Below are positions 19,368 to 27,813 of a DNA stretch of 64,000 bases, piece after piece. The stretch covers positions 20,140-84,139 of the forward strand of contig CAWAVY010000001.1 of assembly GCA_963785595.1 (NCBI GenBank). The letters run 5' to 3'. The translations under genes and the position numbers were made by a program. The first letter of the stretch is position 1. Each line of letters starts with the position of its first letter. Under the pieces are notes generated by a model. That model did not search any database. It was not told where the DNA came from and saw only the letters and a list, made by a program, of their open reading frames with translations. The stretch comes from Bryobacterales bacterium. GTDB taxonomy: Bacteria > Acidobacteriota > Terriglobia > Bryobacterales > Bryobacteraceae.

Positions 19368-20867
19368 CTAGAAAGTTTCGCGGTATTCGCCGAAGACAAG
19401 GCGGAGCGTGTCCGAGATTTCACCAACGGTTGCGAAGGCTCGGGAGGCGGACATTATTTTCGGCAGCAGATTATCGGTGCCACGGGCGGCGGCTTCGAGT
19501 TGACGCAACGAATCTTGGACTTCGCCCGATGAGCGTCCGGCACGGAGGGCGCGGAGGCGTTCGATCTGCTGGCGCTCCAGTTCGGGATTGAGGCGAAAGG
19601 TGGGAGCGGAATCGGTTGCTTCGGTTCGAAACTTGTTGACGCCGACGAGGATTTGCCGCCCTTCTTCGATGGCGCGCTGGAATTGATAAGCGGAGTTTTG
19701 GATTTCTGCTTGCACAAAGCCTTTTTCAATGGCGGCCAAGGGACCACCCATCCTGTCAATGCGGGCGATGATCTCTCTCGCAGCGCTTTCCAGTTGATCA
19801 GTGAGTGTTTCGATGTGCTCGCTGCCGCCTAATGGGTCGGGAACCGCGGCCACTCCGCTCTCATAGGCGATGACCTGTTGTGTGCGAAGCGCCACGCGCG
19901 CAGATTTCTCAGTGGGCAGGGAAAGCGCTTCATCCTGACTATTGGTGTGCAGAGACTGCGCGCCGCCGAGCACCGCCGCCATGGCTTGCAAAGCAACGCG
20001 CACCACGTTCACTTCAGGCTGTTGGGCGGTGAGCGTCGAGCCGGCGGTCTGGGCGTGAAAGCGCAGGGCGCAGGAACGGTCGAGCTTGGCATGAAAGCGT
20101 TCGCGCATGATGTGGGCATAGAGGCGGCGCGCGGCGCGGTATTTGGCGATCTCTTCGAAGAAATCGTTATGAGCGTTGAAGAAGAAGCTGAGGCGCGGAG
20201 CAAAGGAATCGACTTCGAGGCCGGCGTCAAGGGCGGCTTGGATATAGGCAATGGCGTTGGCGAGTGTGAAGGCTATCTCTTGCGCGGCAGTGGAGCCGGC
20301 TTCACGGATGTGATAGCCGCTAATGGAAATGGTGTTCCACTCGGGCACTTCGGCGCCGGCCCAGGCAAATAAATCCGTAATGATGCGCATGGCTTGCCGT
20401 GGCGGATAGATATAAGTGCCGCGCGCGATGTACTCTTTGAGGATGTCGTTCTGAATGGTGCCGGAAAGTTTCTTGCGGTCGGCCCCTTGTTCGTCTGCCA
20501 CCAGCACGTAGAGGCACAGCAGGATAGCGGCGGTGGAATTGATGGTCATGGAGGTGCTGACTTCATCCAAACGAATGCCGTTGCAGAGCACTCGCATATC
20601 GGCCAGAGAATCAATGGCTACGCCCACGCGGCCTACTTCGCCGGCGGCGAGTGAATGGTCTGAATCCATGCCCATCTGCGTGGGGAGATCGAAGGCGACG
20701 GACAAACCGGTGATGCCTTGAGAGAGGAGAAATTTGTAACGCTGATTGCTTTCTTCGGCGGTGCCGAAGCCGGCGTACTGGCGCATGGTCCACAGCTTGT
20801 GGCGGTACATATCGGCGTAAATCCCGCGCGTGAACGGGAACTGGCCGGGCTGCTCACTGGTGGACAA
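19368..20867 (-). CDS. Methylmalonyl-CoA mutase family, large (catalytic, substrate-binding) subunit
   Basis: 499 aa. [18 protein letters not shown] and the rest of the TIM-barrel mutase domain are present. The ORF has no B12-binding domain. Confidence 0.9.
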   Translation of the reverse strand: MSTSEQPGQFPFTRGIYADMYRHKLWTMRQYAGFGTAEESNQRYKFLLSQGITGLSVAFDLPTQMGMDSDHSLAAGEVGRVGVAIDSLADMRVLCNGIRLDEVSTSMTINSTAAILLCLYVLVADEQGADRKKLSGTIQNDILKEYIARGTYIYPPRQAMRIITDLFAWAGAEVPEWNTISISGYHIREAGSTAAQEIAFTLANAIAYIQAALDAGLEVDSFAPRLSFFFNAHNDFFEEIAKYRAARRLYAHIMRERFHAKLDRSCALRFHAQTAGSTLTAQQPEVNVVRVALQAMAAVLGGAQSLHTNSQDEALSLPTEKSARVALRTQQVIAYESGVAAVPDPLGGSEHIETLTDQLESAAREIIARIDRMGGPLAAIEKGFVQAEIQNSAYQFQRAIEEGRQILVGVNKFRTEATDSAPTFRLNPELERQQIERLRALRAGRSSGEVQDSLRQLEAAARGTDNLLPKIMSASRAFATVGEISDTLRLVFGEYRETF

Positions 20868-20876
20868 ATTCCTACC

Positions 20877-21206
20877 TTAAGGGCGGTGAACGCGCGCCGC
20901 GATGCTACGGGCCTTGAGAAAGGATGAGATTCCGAAGCTGACCATTACGACAATGAAGATGCCCGAAATAGCGAGCGCGACAAAGCCGCTTTTCGGATCG
21001 GCCCGGAATGCGCGGTAGAGCTGAATAGCTTTGAGAAAAGCTGGGATGGCGAGGACGAAAAACAGGATGCCGATGGCCTGATTCCAGATGATGCGCGCGG
21101 GACGAACCACTTCGGGAACCACATGCTGCGCGAAGCGTTTTGCGTTATCCACATTGGCGTGTTTGGAGGCATGCCTGGCGAGCCGGACTGCGTCTTGAAG
21201 CTTCAC
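20877..21206 (-). CDS. Small 2-TM membrane protein, hypothetical
   Basis: 109 aa with two hydrophobic helices (AIGILFFVLAIPAFL, FVALAISGIFIVVMVSFGISSFL). It is co-directional with its neighbours and 9 bp upstream of the mutase gene. Confidence 0.45.
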   Translation of the reverse strand: MKLQDAVRLARHASKHANVDNAKRFAQHVVPEVVRPARIIWNQAIGILFFVLAIPAFLKAIQLYRAFRADPKSGFVALAISGIFIVVMVSFGISSFLKARSIAARVHRP

Positions 21207-21232
21207 TGCATCTTCACTTTAACATCGGTGCG

Positions 21233-21622
21233 CTATTGCCACAAAACGCGCAACCCGGCGGGTTTGTAATCGGGAAAACGCTCGTCGCTGGAAATGACGG
21301 TGAGGTTTTCCACAATGGCTTGGGCGATGATCATTCGGTCGAAAGGGTCGTGGTGATGCTCGGGAAGGGAAGCCACGAGTTCGACGTGCTCGCGCTTTAT
21401 ATGCAGGATGCGAGCGCCCATTTGCTCCATGCCGGCCCAAAGTTGTTCGCCGGTGATGAGCTTTTTGGAGGGATGCCGGCCGAGTTTGATGCCCAGCTCC
21501 CAAGGGGTAACGATACTGACCGCCAGAGTCTCCGCCTTTTCGATCTGCGTCACCAAGCGCTTCGGCAGCAGGTCGCCTCGCAGCCACCGCAGAAGCGCAT
21601 TGGTGTCAAGCAGCAGGTTCAT
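21233..21622 (-). CDS. vapC: Type II toxin, PIN-domain (VapC-like)
   Basis: 129 aa. It has the N-terminal LLDTNALL acidic motif and C-terminal DPFDRMIIAQA. It overlaps the upstream antitoxin gene by 4 bp. Confidence 0.8.
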   Translation of the reverse strand: MNLLLDTNALLRWLRGDLLPKRLVTQIEKAETLAVSIVTPWELGIKLGRHPSKKLITGEQLWAGMEQMGARILHIKREHVELVASLPEHHHDPFDRMIIAQAIVENLTVISSDERFPDYKPAGLRVLWQ

Positions 21623-21915
21623 CGGCCATCGGTGTAGCGGCCGGATTTCTTGAGATCCTGTATGTGCTCAAACAGGCCTTCGATTTCAGCGTCCGATTCG
21701 TGCCAGTTGTCGGGTAAATCGAAAGCGCCTTTGAGGAAGCCATAGCCCCTGTTCTTGGAGGCTTTAGGGCCTTCCGGAACTAATCTTACGAGTGGTTTGC
21801 CATGATTGGTAATCACGATTGTTTCGCCCTCCATTGCCGCGTTGATGAGCTTGGTAAGCTCTGTTTTTGCTTGTCTGACGCCAACTGTCATTTGGTTGTG
21901 ATTTAAGGTTAGCAC
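21619..21915 (-). CDS. Type II antitoxin, Phd/YefM family
   Basis: VRQAKTELTKLINAAMEGETIVITNHGKPLVRLVP is a typical Phd/YefM N-terminal fold. An alternative start is ATG 21891. Confidence 0.8.
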   Translation of the reverse strand: MLTLNHNQMTVGVRQAKTELTKLINAAMEGETIVITNHGKPLVRLVPEGPKASKNRGYGFLKGAFDLPDNWHESDAEIEGLFEHIQDLKKSGRYTDGR

Positions 21916-21933
21916 TACATTTGTGGTTAGTCA

Positions 21934-23151
21934 ATGATGGATGTTAAGGAACTGCGTAAGGAAATTCCGAGCTTAGCGGAGGGACGGCCGGGCGCGGGCA
22001 CAGCGTTTTTCGACGGCGCGGCCGGCACGCAAATGGCGCGGCGCTCCATTGAGCGCATGAATCGCGCAATGGTGGACGAGAATGCCAACTTCGGCGGATT
22101 TTTCGAGACATCCATGCGCGCGGTTGAATTGGTGGCGGACACGCGCGCCGCGCTGAAAGATTTCTTCAACGCCCACGACACCCGCGAAATTGTCTTTGGC
22201 CAGAATATGACAACGCTCACGCTGGCCATGGCGCGCACGCTCGGCCGTCGTTTCAAACAGGGCGGCGAGATTGTGCTGACCCGCATGGATCATGACGCGA
22301 ACGTGGCGCCTTGGTTGAGTTTGGCGGAAGACTGCGGATTAGATGTGAAATGGCTCGATTTCAGCACCGAAACTTACGAGTACGATCTGACGCAGCTCGA
22401 TGATTTGCTGACGCCGAAAACGAAGCTCGTGGCGGTGAATTATGCAAGCAATGTGATTGGGACGATCAACGATGTCCAGACGGTTACGGCACGCGCGAAG
22501 GCGGTGGGCGCGCTGGTGTTTGTGGATGCCGTCCAATATGCGCCGCATGGCGTGATGGACGTGCAGGAAGTCGGCTGCGATTTCCTGGTGTGCTCGGCAT
22601 ATAAGTTTTATGGGCCTCACTACGGCATCTTGTGGGGGAAGCTGGACGTGCTGGAATCGTTGGAGCCTTATAAAGTGCGGACCGCGCCCACATATGCGCC
22701 GGACAAGTTTGAGACTGGCACGAAATCGCGAGAGGCGATTGCGGGAGTGTTGGGAGCGATTGAGCACATCGAATGGATCGGCGGGCAGAAAGGGACTCGG
22801 CGGGAGCGGATTGTAGCGGGGATCTCGGCCGTGGTTGAGCATGAAGAGAAACTGACGCGGCAGTTGATTGCGGGTCTGGAAGCGATCAAGGGAGTGACGA
22901 TCCATGGCAAGAAGGAAGGGCGGGTACCGACGCTGGCGTTGAGCGTTCGCGGACAAAATCCGGCCGACGTAGCCAAGGCGCTGGCGAGCCACCGCATCAA
23001 CGTCTGGCATGGACATAACTACGGATGGGAACCGGTAAAGAGGCTTGGGTTACTTGAAGCGGGCGGAGTGGTACGCGTTAGTTTGGCGCAATACAACACG
23101 CGGGAAGAGATCGATTATTTCCTGCAGACATTAATGGCCCTCGGCTTCTAA
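21934..23151 (+). CDS. Cysteine desulfurase-like class V aminotransferase
   Basis: 405 aa. It has the fold-type I class V layout, with the PLP-lysine context CSAYKFYGPH. Confidence 0.85.
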   Translation: MMDVKELRKEIPSLAEGRPGAGTAFFDGAAGTQMARRSIERMNRAMVDENANFGGFFETSMRAVELVADTRAALKDFFNAHDTREIVFGQNMTTLTLAMARTLGRRFKQGGEIVLTRMDHDANVAPWLSLAEDCGLDVKWLDFSTETYEYDLTQLDDLLTPKTKLVAVNYASNVIGTINDVQTVTARAKAVGALVFVDAVQYAPHGVMDVQEVGCDFLVCSAYKFYGPHYGILWGKLDVLESLEPYKVRTAPTYAPDKFETGTKSREAIAGVLGAIEHIEWIGGQKGTRRERIVAGISAVVEHEEKLTRQLIAGLEAIKGVTIHGKKEGRVPTLALSVRGQNPADVAKALASHRINVWHGHNYGWEPVKRLGLLEAGGVVRVSLAQYNTREEIDYFLQTLMALGF

Positions 23152-24075
23152 GAAGCGTTCGGCTTCAATAGCAGCCATGCAGCCGGCGCCGGAAGCGGTG
23201 ATGGCTTGGCGGTAGCTGCGGTCCTGCACGTCGCCGGCATGGAAGACACCGGCGATATTGGTGCGCGCGCCGCCGTGGGAAATGATGTAGCCATCCTGAT
23301 CGAGGTCAAGCTGCGAGGCGAAGGGTTTGGTGTTGGGGATGTGGCCGATGGCGACGAATAGGCCGTCCACTTCGCGCTCGGAAACTTCCTTCGTTACCAC
23401 GTTGCGGAGCTTGACGCCGGTAAGACTATGGACCTCATTTGTGGTTACATAGTCGATCGCTTCGACTACCGAATTTGTCAGGAACTTGATTTTGGGATTG
23501 GCCAGTGCGCGCTCATACATGATTTTCGAAGCGCGAAAGCTGTCCTTGCGGTGAACCACGGTAACCTCGCTGCCGAAGCGCGTGAGGAAGTTGGCTTCTT
23601 CCATGGCGGAATCGCCGCCGCCCACCACCATGATTTTCTTACCGCGGAAAAAGAATCCATCGCAGGTGGCGCAAGTGCTGACACCACGGCCAATCAACTC
23701 CTGCTCATAAGGCAAACCGAGCCAGCGGGCGGAGGCGCCGGTGGCGACGATCAACGTGCGCGTCTGGATCGTGCCGCCGTGGTCAAGTTCCAACGTGAAG
23801 GGCCGCTTCGACAAATCGGCGCGCGCCACGAGCCCATGTTCAAAGGTTGCGCCAAAACGTTCCGCTTGCTGCTTCATGTTTTGAATGAGCTGTGGACCGT
23901 GGATGCCTTCGGGGAAGCCGGGAAAATTCTCGACTTCGGTGGTTAGAGAAAGCTGGCCGCCGGGTTCCTTGCCTTCCAAAACAAGTGGCGTGAGATTGGC
24001 GCGCGCGGTATAGATAGCTGCCGTATTCCCGGCGCAACCAGAGCCGAGAATGACTACGTTATGCATGTTGTTCAT
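23131..24075 (-). CDS. trxB: Thioredoxin-disulfide reductase
   Basis: It has an FAD motif (VILGSGCAGNTAAIY), the redox-active CATCDG, and an NADPH motif (VVGGGDSAMEEA). The start at ATG 24075 forms an ATGA overlap with the feoB stop. I rejected the track's N-terminal extension. Confidence 0.9.
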   Translation of the reverse strand: MNNMHNVVILGSGCAGNTAAIYTARANLTPLVLEGKEPGGQLSLTTEVENFPGFPEGIHGPQLIQNMKQQAERFGATFEHGLVARADLSKRPFTLELDHGGTIQTRTLIVATGASARWLGLPYEQELIGRGVSTCATCDGFFFRGKKIMVVGGGDSAMEEANFLTRFGSEVTVVHRKDSFRASKIMYERALANPKIKFLTNSVVEAIDYVTTNEVHSLTGVKLRNVVTKEVSEREVDGLFVAIGHIPNTKPFASQLDLDQDGYIISHGGARTNIAGVFHAGDVQDRSYRQAITASGAGCMAAIEAERFLEAEGH

Positions 24076-25997
24076 CCGATGAAGTGATTGGCTATATGAA
24101 ACGCCAGCCAGGAACCAGCATATGCGAGCGCCAGCATGTATGAGAACTGGAACGCCGGCCAGCGCCATCCGCCCGTTTCCCGTTTTACCACCGCGAGCGT
24201 TGAAAAACATTGCATGGCGAAAGCGAAAAAGATGAGTAGGGCGATAGCTCCGGCGGTACTCAGATCGTGATGCAGCGCGGCTTGCAGGCCGGCCGAATGT
24301 TCATCCCCTTGGATGCCATAAATGGTGCCGAGGGTGCTAACGATCACTTCTCGGGCGATGAGGGAGCTTATGAGTCCGATGCCGATTTTCCAGTTGAAGC
24401 CTAAGGGCTTGATGAACGGTTCGATGGCCTTGCCCAGGGAGGCGGCATAGCTGTGTTCGAGCGAAGGCATTTTTCCGCCGTGGAGCGGGAGATGCGCGAG
24501 AATCCACAGCAGAACGGAGACTAGCAGGATGACGGTTCCGGCACGGCGCAGGAAGACCTTGGCGCGATCAAGCAGCCGTAACGAAAGCGACTGTACGGTA
24601 GGCCAGCGATAGGGCGGCATTTCGAGAACGAACGAGGTGCCTTTGGTTTTCAAGATGCTTGATTTCAGGACGCGCGCGGTAAGGATGGCCGCCAGAAAGC
24701 CAAGCACATAAAGGCTGAGCATGGTGGCGGTTGGAAGAGAGAGCGCATCGCCGAGCAGCTTGGTGTTGGGGATGAAAGCGGCGATCAGGAGGATGTAAAT
24801 AGGCAGGCGCGCCGAACAGGTCATCAAAGGTGCGATGAGGATAGTGGCGATGCGGTCGCGCTTGTTTTCGATGACCCGCGTAGCCATGACAGCGGGTACC
24901 GCGCAGGCGTAGGCGGAGAGCAGGGGGATGAACGATTTACCTTGCAGGCCGAATTTGGCCATGGTGCGGTCGGCAATTAAAGCGGCACGAGCGAGGTATC
25001 CCGAATCCTCCAAAATGCCGATGAACAGGAAAAGGAGCAGAATTTGCGGCAAAAAGACGAGAACCGAACCGACGCCTTGCCAAACGCCATCCACGAACAG
25101 AGAACTAAACGGCGAATCGGGCAGCAGATGCGTCATCCATTTGCCGGAGGATTGAACGCGCCCCTGCAGAAAATCCATGATGGGTTTCGCCCAGGAAAAG
25201 ATGCTTTGGAAGACGGCCAGAACTATGACGGCGAAAATGAGCGGTCCGGCTATGGGGTGAAGAAAAATGCCGTCGAGGCGGCGTGTCCAGATGGGCGGGG
25301 CGGGAGCACGATAAGACGCGCGTTTGCCAAGATTAGCGGCCCACTGGCGACACTTGGGCACGTCTTGCAGGACGGGGAGTTCGATGCGGGCGGGCGGGGC
25401 GTTGAGGCGCGCCGCGGTTCCAAGGAGGAACTGCTGAATGCGGTCGATGCCCGTGCCTTTAGCGGCGCTTATGAGCGCGACGGGCGAGTTGAGTTCCGAA
25501 GAGAGCGCGGCTACGTCTACTTTGCCGCCGCGTTGGGCGAGATCGTCGGCCATGTTGAGCAAGACGAGGGTGGAAAGCCCCAAGCTTAGTATGGGAGCGG
25601 CCAGGACGAGGTTGCGGCCTAAGTTGGTGACGTCGAGAATGAGGATAACGGCGTCGGGCTTGGGGAAATCGGGCCGACTGCCTGTCAAGACGTCGTGCGT
25701 GACTTGCTCATCCTCAGCGCGTGGATGGAGGCTGTAGACGCCGGGTAGATCCACCAGGAAGACTTCCTGCTGGCTGTTGAGCTTGGCCTTTCCCATGCGG
25801 TGTTCTACGGTGACGCCGGGGAAGTTGGCGACTTTTTGGCGCAGGCCGGTGAGGCGGTTAAAAAGCGTAGATTTGCCCGAATTCGGCGGCCCGACGATGG
25901 CGACAATGATAGGCCGTTCGCCGGCTGGCCGAGGCGGCTGGAGGGAGGGATTAGGTAAGAGGCCCGCACGTGGCGTTTGGCCGTGGCAGTCGCTCAT
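24072..25997 (-). CDS. feoB: Ferrous iron transporter B
   Basis: 641 aa. It has an N-terminal G domain (VGPPNSGKSTLFNRLTG, DLPG) and a polytopic C-terminal permease. Confidence 0.95.
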   Translation of the reverse strand: MSDCHGQTPRAGLLPNPSLQPPRPAGERPIIVAIVGPPNSGKSTLFNRLTGLRQKVANFPGVTVEHRMGKAKLNSQQEVFLVDLPGVYSLHPRAEDEQVTHDVLTGSRPDFPKPDAVILILDVTNLGRNLVLAAPILSLGLSTLVLLNMADDLAQRGGKVDVAALSSELNSPVALISAAKGTGIDRIQQFLLGTAARLNAPPARIELPVLQDVPKCRQWAANLGKRASYRAPAPPIWTRRLDGIFLHPIAGPLIFAVIVLAVFQSIFSWAKPIMDFLQGRVQSSGKWMTHLLPDSPFSSLFVDGVWQGVGSVLVFLPQILLLFLFIGILEDSGYLARAALIADRTMAKFGLQGKSFIPLLSAYACAVPAVMATRVIENKRDRIATILIAPLMTCSARLPIYILLIAAFIPNTKLLGDALSLPTATMLSLYVLGFLAAILTARVLKSSILKTKGTSFVLEMPPYRWPTVQSLSLRLLDRAKVFLRRAGTVILLVSVLLWILAHLPLHGGKMPSLEHSYAASLGKAIEPFIKPLGFNWKIGIGLISSLIAREVIVSTLGTIYGIQGDEHSAGLQAALHHDLSTAGAIALLIFFAFAMQCFSTLAVVKRETGGWRWPAFQFSYMLALAYAGSWLAFHIANHFIG

Positions 25998-26326
25998 GAG
26001 AGCACAATCAAATCCGATTCCGGATCGCGCCGCAAATACAAATGCGAGGCGGTCTCTTGACGCAGGGCCACTTCTGACCCGTCCACGCGATAAACCCGAG
26101 GCCCCCCGCCGGGGGCTTTACGGCTAAGAACGATTTCGTTTCCGGGTAGGAAGCCGAGTTCCATGAGGCGCCGAGCCATATCCTCGGGCAACTCAAGACG
26201 ATCCAGAATGCAACGCTGACCAGTACGTAGTTCTGCCAGCGTCTGCTGGTGGGCGGGCGCTTTGTCGGGAGGAGCAGCCATGGAGCGGAAACCGATATCG
26301 GACCATTTCAGTATGAGATAGTCCAC
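25994..26326 (-). CDS. feoA: Ferrous iron transport protein A (FeoA)
   Basis: The SH3-like FeoA core is LAELRTGQRCILDRLE..RRLMELGFLPGNEIVL. It overlaps feoB by 4 bp. The true start may be ATG 26281. Confidence 0.8.
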   Translation of the reverse strand: MDYLILKWSDIGFRSMAAPPDKAPAHQQTLAELRTGQRCILDRLELPEDMARRLMELGFLPGNEIVLSRKAPGGGPRVYRVDGSEVALRQETASHLYLRRDPESDLIVLS

Positions 26327-26414
26327 TCAATCTGTCAACCGCTTGGGTTGCAACGGGATAGGGCGGTGGCCAATAGGTAAAATTGTACCTTCGGAGGATT
26401 TAGAGCCCGATGGT

Positions 26415-27431
26415 ATGATGCTCGATGTGGTGCGGGAGGGTTCGCAACATCCAACTCCAGCCTTGGAGCGCGAAGCGGGCGGAGCCTTCACCCGCAAGGA
26501 AGTCTGTCGGCTGCTGAAAGTTGAGCCGCGCCAATTGAGAAGCTGGGAGCGGCAGCGGCTGATTCCCGAACTTTCGCAATACAAATTTCGCGATCTGTTG
26601 AAGCTGAAGCGTTTGGTGAGGCTTCGGGAGGAGAAGGCGAATCCGCGGCTGCTGAAGCAGGCGCTGCACACGCTGGACGGGTATTTGAAAGACTCGCCCG
26701 AATTGAGCGAGGATGTGCAGGTTTACACCGAGGGCCGGCGGGTGCGGATTCAAATCGGGCGGCAAAAGCTCGAGGCGGGTTCGGGGCAGTTGCTGTTCGA
26801 TTTCGCGGCGGAAGAAATCAGCAAGCTGCTGCAACTGCCGGGCGCGCAGCACAACGCCGGGAATATTGCCGAAAGGCTGCGAAACAAGCTTGAGGCGGAC
26901 CGCTGGTTTGAGCGCGCGCTGGAACTGGAGCAGCACGGTGCGGATTATGAAGAGGTGATAGCGGCCTATCAGAAGGCGGCGGAACTGGACCCGCAATCGG
27001 CCGGGGCGCTGGTGAATTTGGGGACGGTTTTTTTCAACGGGCACGCCTGGGCCGATGCCGAAGAGCACTACAAAAAGGCGCTGGCGATTGACCCCGATTA
27101 TGCGTTGGCGCACTTCAATCTGGGGAATTTGTACGACGAGCAAGGCGACCAGCCCAGCGCCTTGCGGCATTACCGGGAAGCGCTGCGGATTCATCCGAAC
27201 TACGCGGACGCACATTACAACATGGCGCTCTTGAGCCAGAGCAAGCGCGATGTGATGGGCGCTCTGCGGCACTGGCGGGCTTACCTGAAACTCGACCCGA
27301 CGAGCACTTGGGCGCAAATTGCGCGCCGCGAGTTGAACAAGCTGCAGGCGCTTACGGTGGTGCATGGGACGCGGGAGATTGAGGCGAGCCTTCGGCTGGT
27401 GAAGCGCGCGGGCGGGGACGAGAGAGCTTGA
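26415..27431 (+). CDS. MerR-type HTH protein fused to TPR repeats
   Basis: The HTH is FTRKEVCRLLKVEPRQLRSWERQRLIP. At least four TPR units follow (AYQKAAELDP.., HYKKALAIDP.., HYREALRIHP.., HWRAYLKLDP). The ATG at 26415 is preceded by GGAGGA. Confidence 0.65.
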   Translation: MMLDVVREGSQHPTPALEREAGGAFTRKEVCRLLKVEPRQLRSWERQRLIPELSQYKFRDLLKLKRLVRLREEKANPRLLKQALHTLDGYLKDSPELSEDVQVYTEGRRVRIQIGRQKLEAGSGQLLFDFAAEEISKLLQLPGAQHNAGNIAERLRNKLEADRWFERALELEQHGADYEEVIAAYQKAAELDPQSAGALVNLGTVFFNGHAWADAEEHYKKALAIDPDYALAHFNLGNLYDEQGDQPSALRHYREALRIHPNYADAHYNMALLSQSKRDVMGALRHWRAYLKLDPTSTWAQIARRELNKLQALTVVHGTREIEASLRLVKRAGGDERA

Positions 27432-27453
27432 AAATGGCGGTTGGAGCTAGACG

Positions 27454-27813
27454 CTAGCGGCGGTAGACGGCGCAAGAGGTATCGGTTTCCCACACTCTGA
27501 CGTACGCAAGCTTCGCGGGCTCGATATCGCGTTGGATTTCGTCGAAGATAAACTTGGCAATGTTCTCCGCCGAAGGATTCACAACATCGAAGGGCTTCAA
27601 GTCGTTGATGAGCTGGTGGTCGAGATACGCGCTCTTGGCGCGCAGGCATTGCTTCAAATCGGCAAAGTCGAATAACATGCCGTTGTGATCCAACTCACCC
27701 GTCATGCCCACTTGCACTCTGTAGTTATGGCCGTGCAGGTTCTCACACTTGCCCTTGTAATTCCGTAAAAAGTGGGCGGATGCGAACGTGTGTTCGACAA
27801 AAATCTCAAACAT
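27454..27813 (-). CDS. queD: 6-carboxy-5,6,7,8-tetrahydropterin synthase
   Basis: 119 aa. MFEIFVEHTFASAHFL and CENLHGHNYRV are the QueD/PTPS zinc-site and catalytic motifs. Confidence 0.9.
   Translation of the reverse strand: MFEIFVEHTFASAHFLRNYKGKCENLHGHNYRVQVGMTGELDHNGMLFDFADLKQCLRAKSAYLDHQLINDLKPFDVVNPSAENIAKFIFDEIQRDIEPAKLAYVRVWETDTSCAVYRR

Noticed and set aside
23131-24210. 359-aa form of trxB with a 45-aa N-terminal extension
   Set aside because: The extension overlaps the feoB 3' end and precedes the FAD-binding GSGCAG motif by far more than in known TrxB proteins. ATG 24075 gives a clean ATGA junction.
26279-26414. Fur box in the feoA / merR-TPR divergent region
   Set aside because: No convincing match to the 19-bp GATAATGATAATCATTATC consensus could be read. 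Only scattered AT-rich hexamers are present.
26400-27365. 321-aa minus-strand ORF
   Set aside because: It is antisense to the MerR-TPR gene. The translation is a repetitive Arg/Leu/Gln/Pro string that mirrors the TPR repeats and has no motifs.
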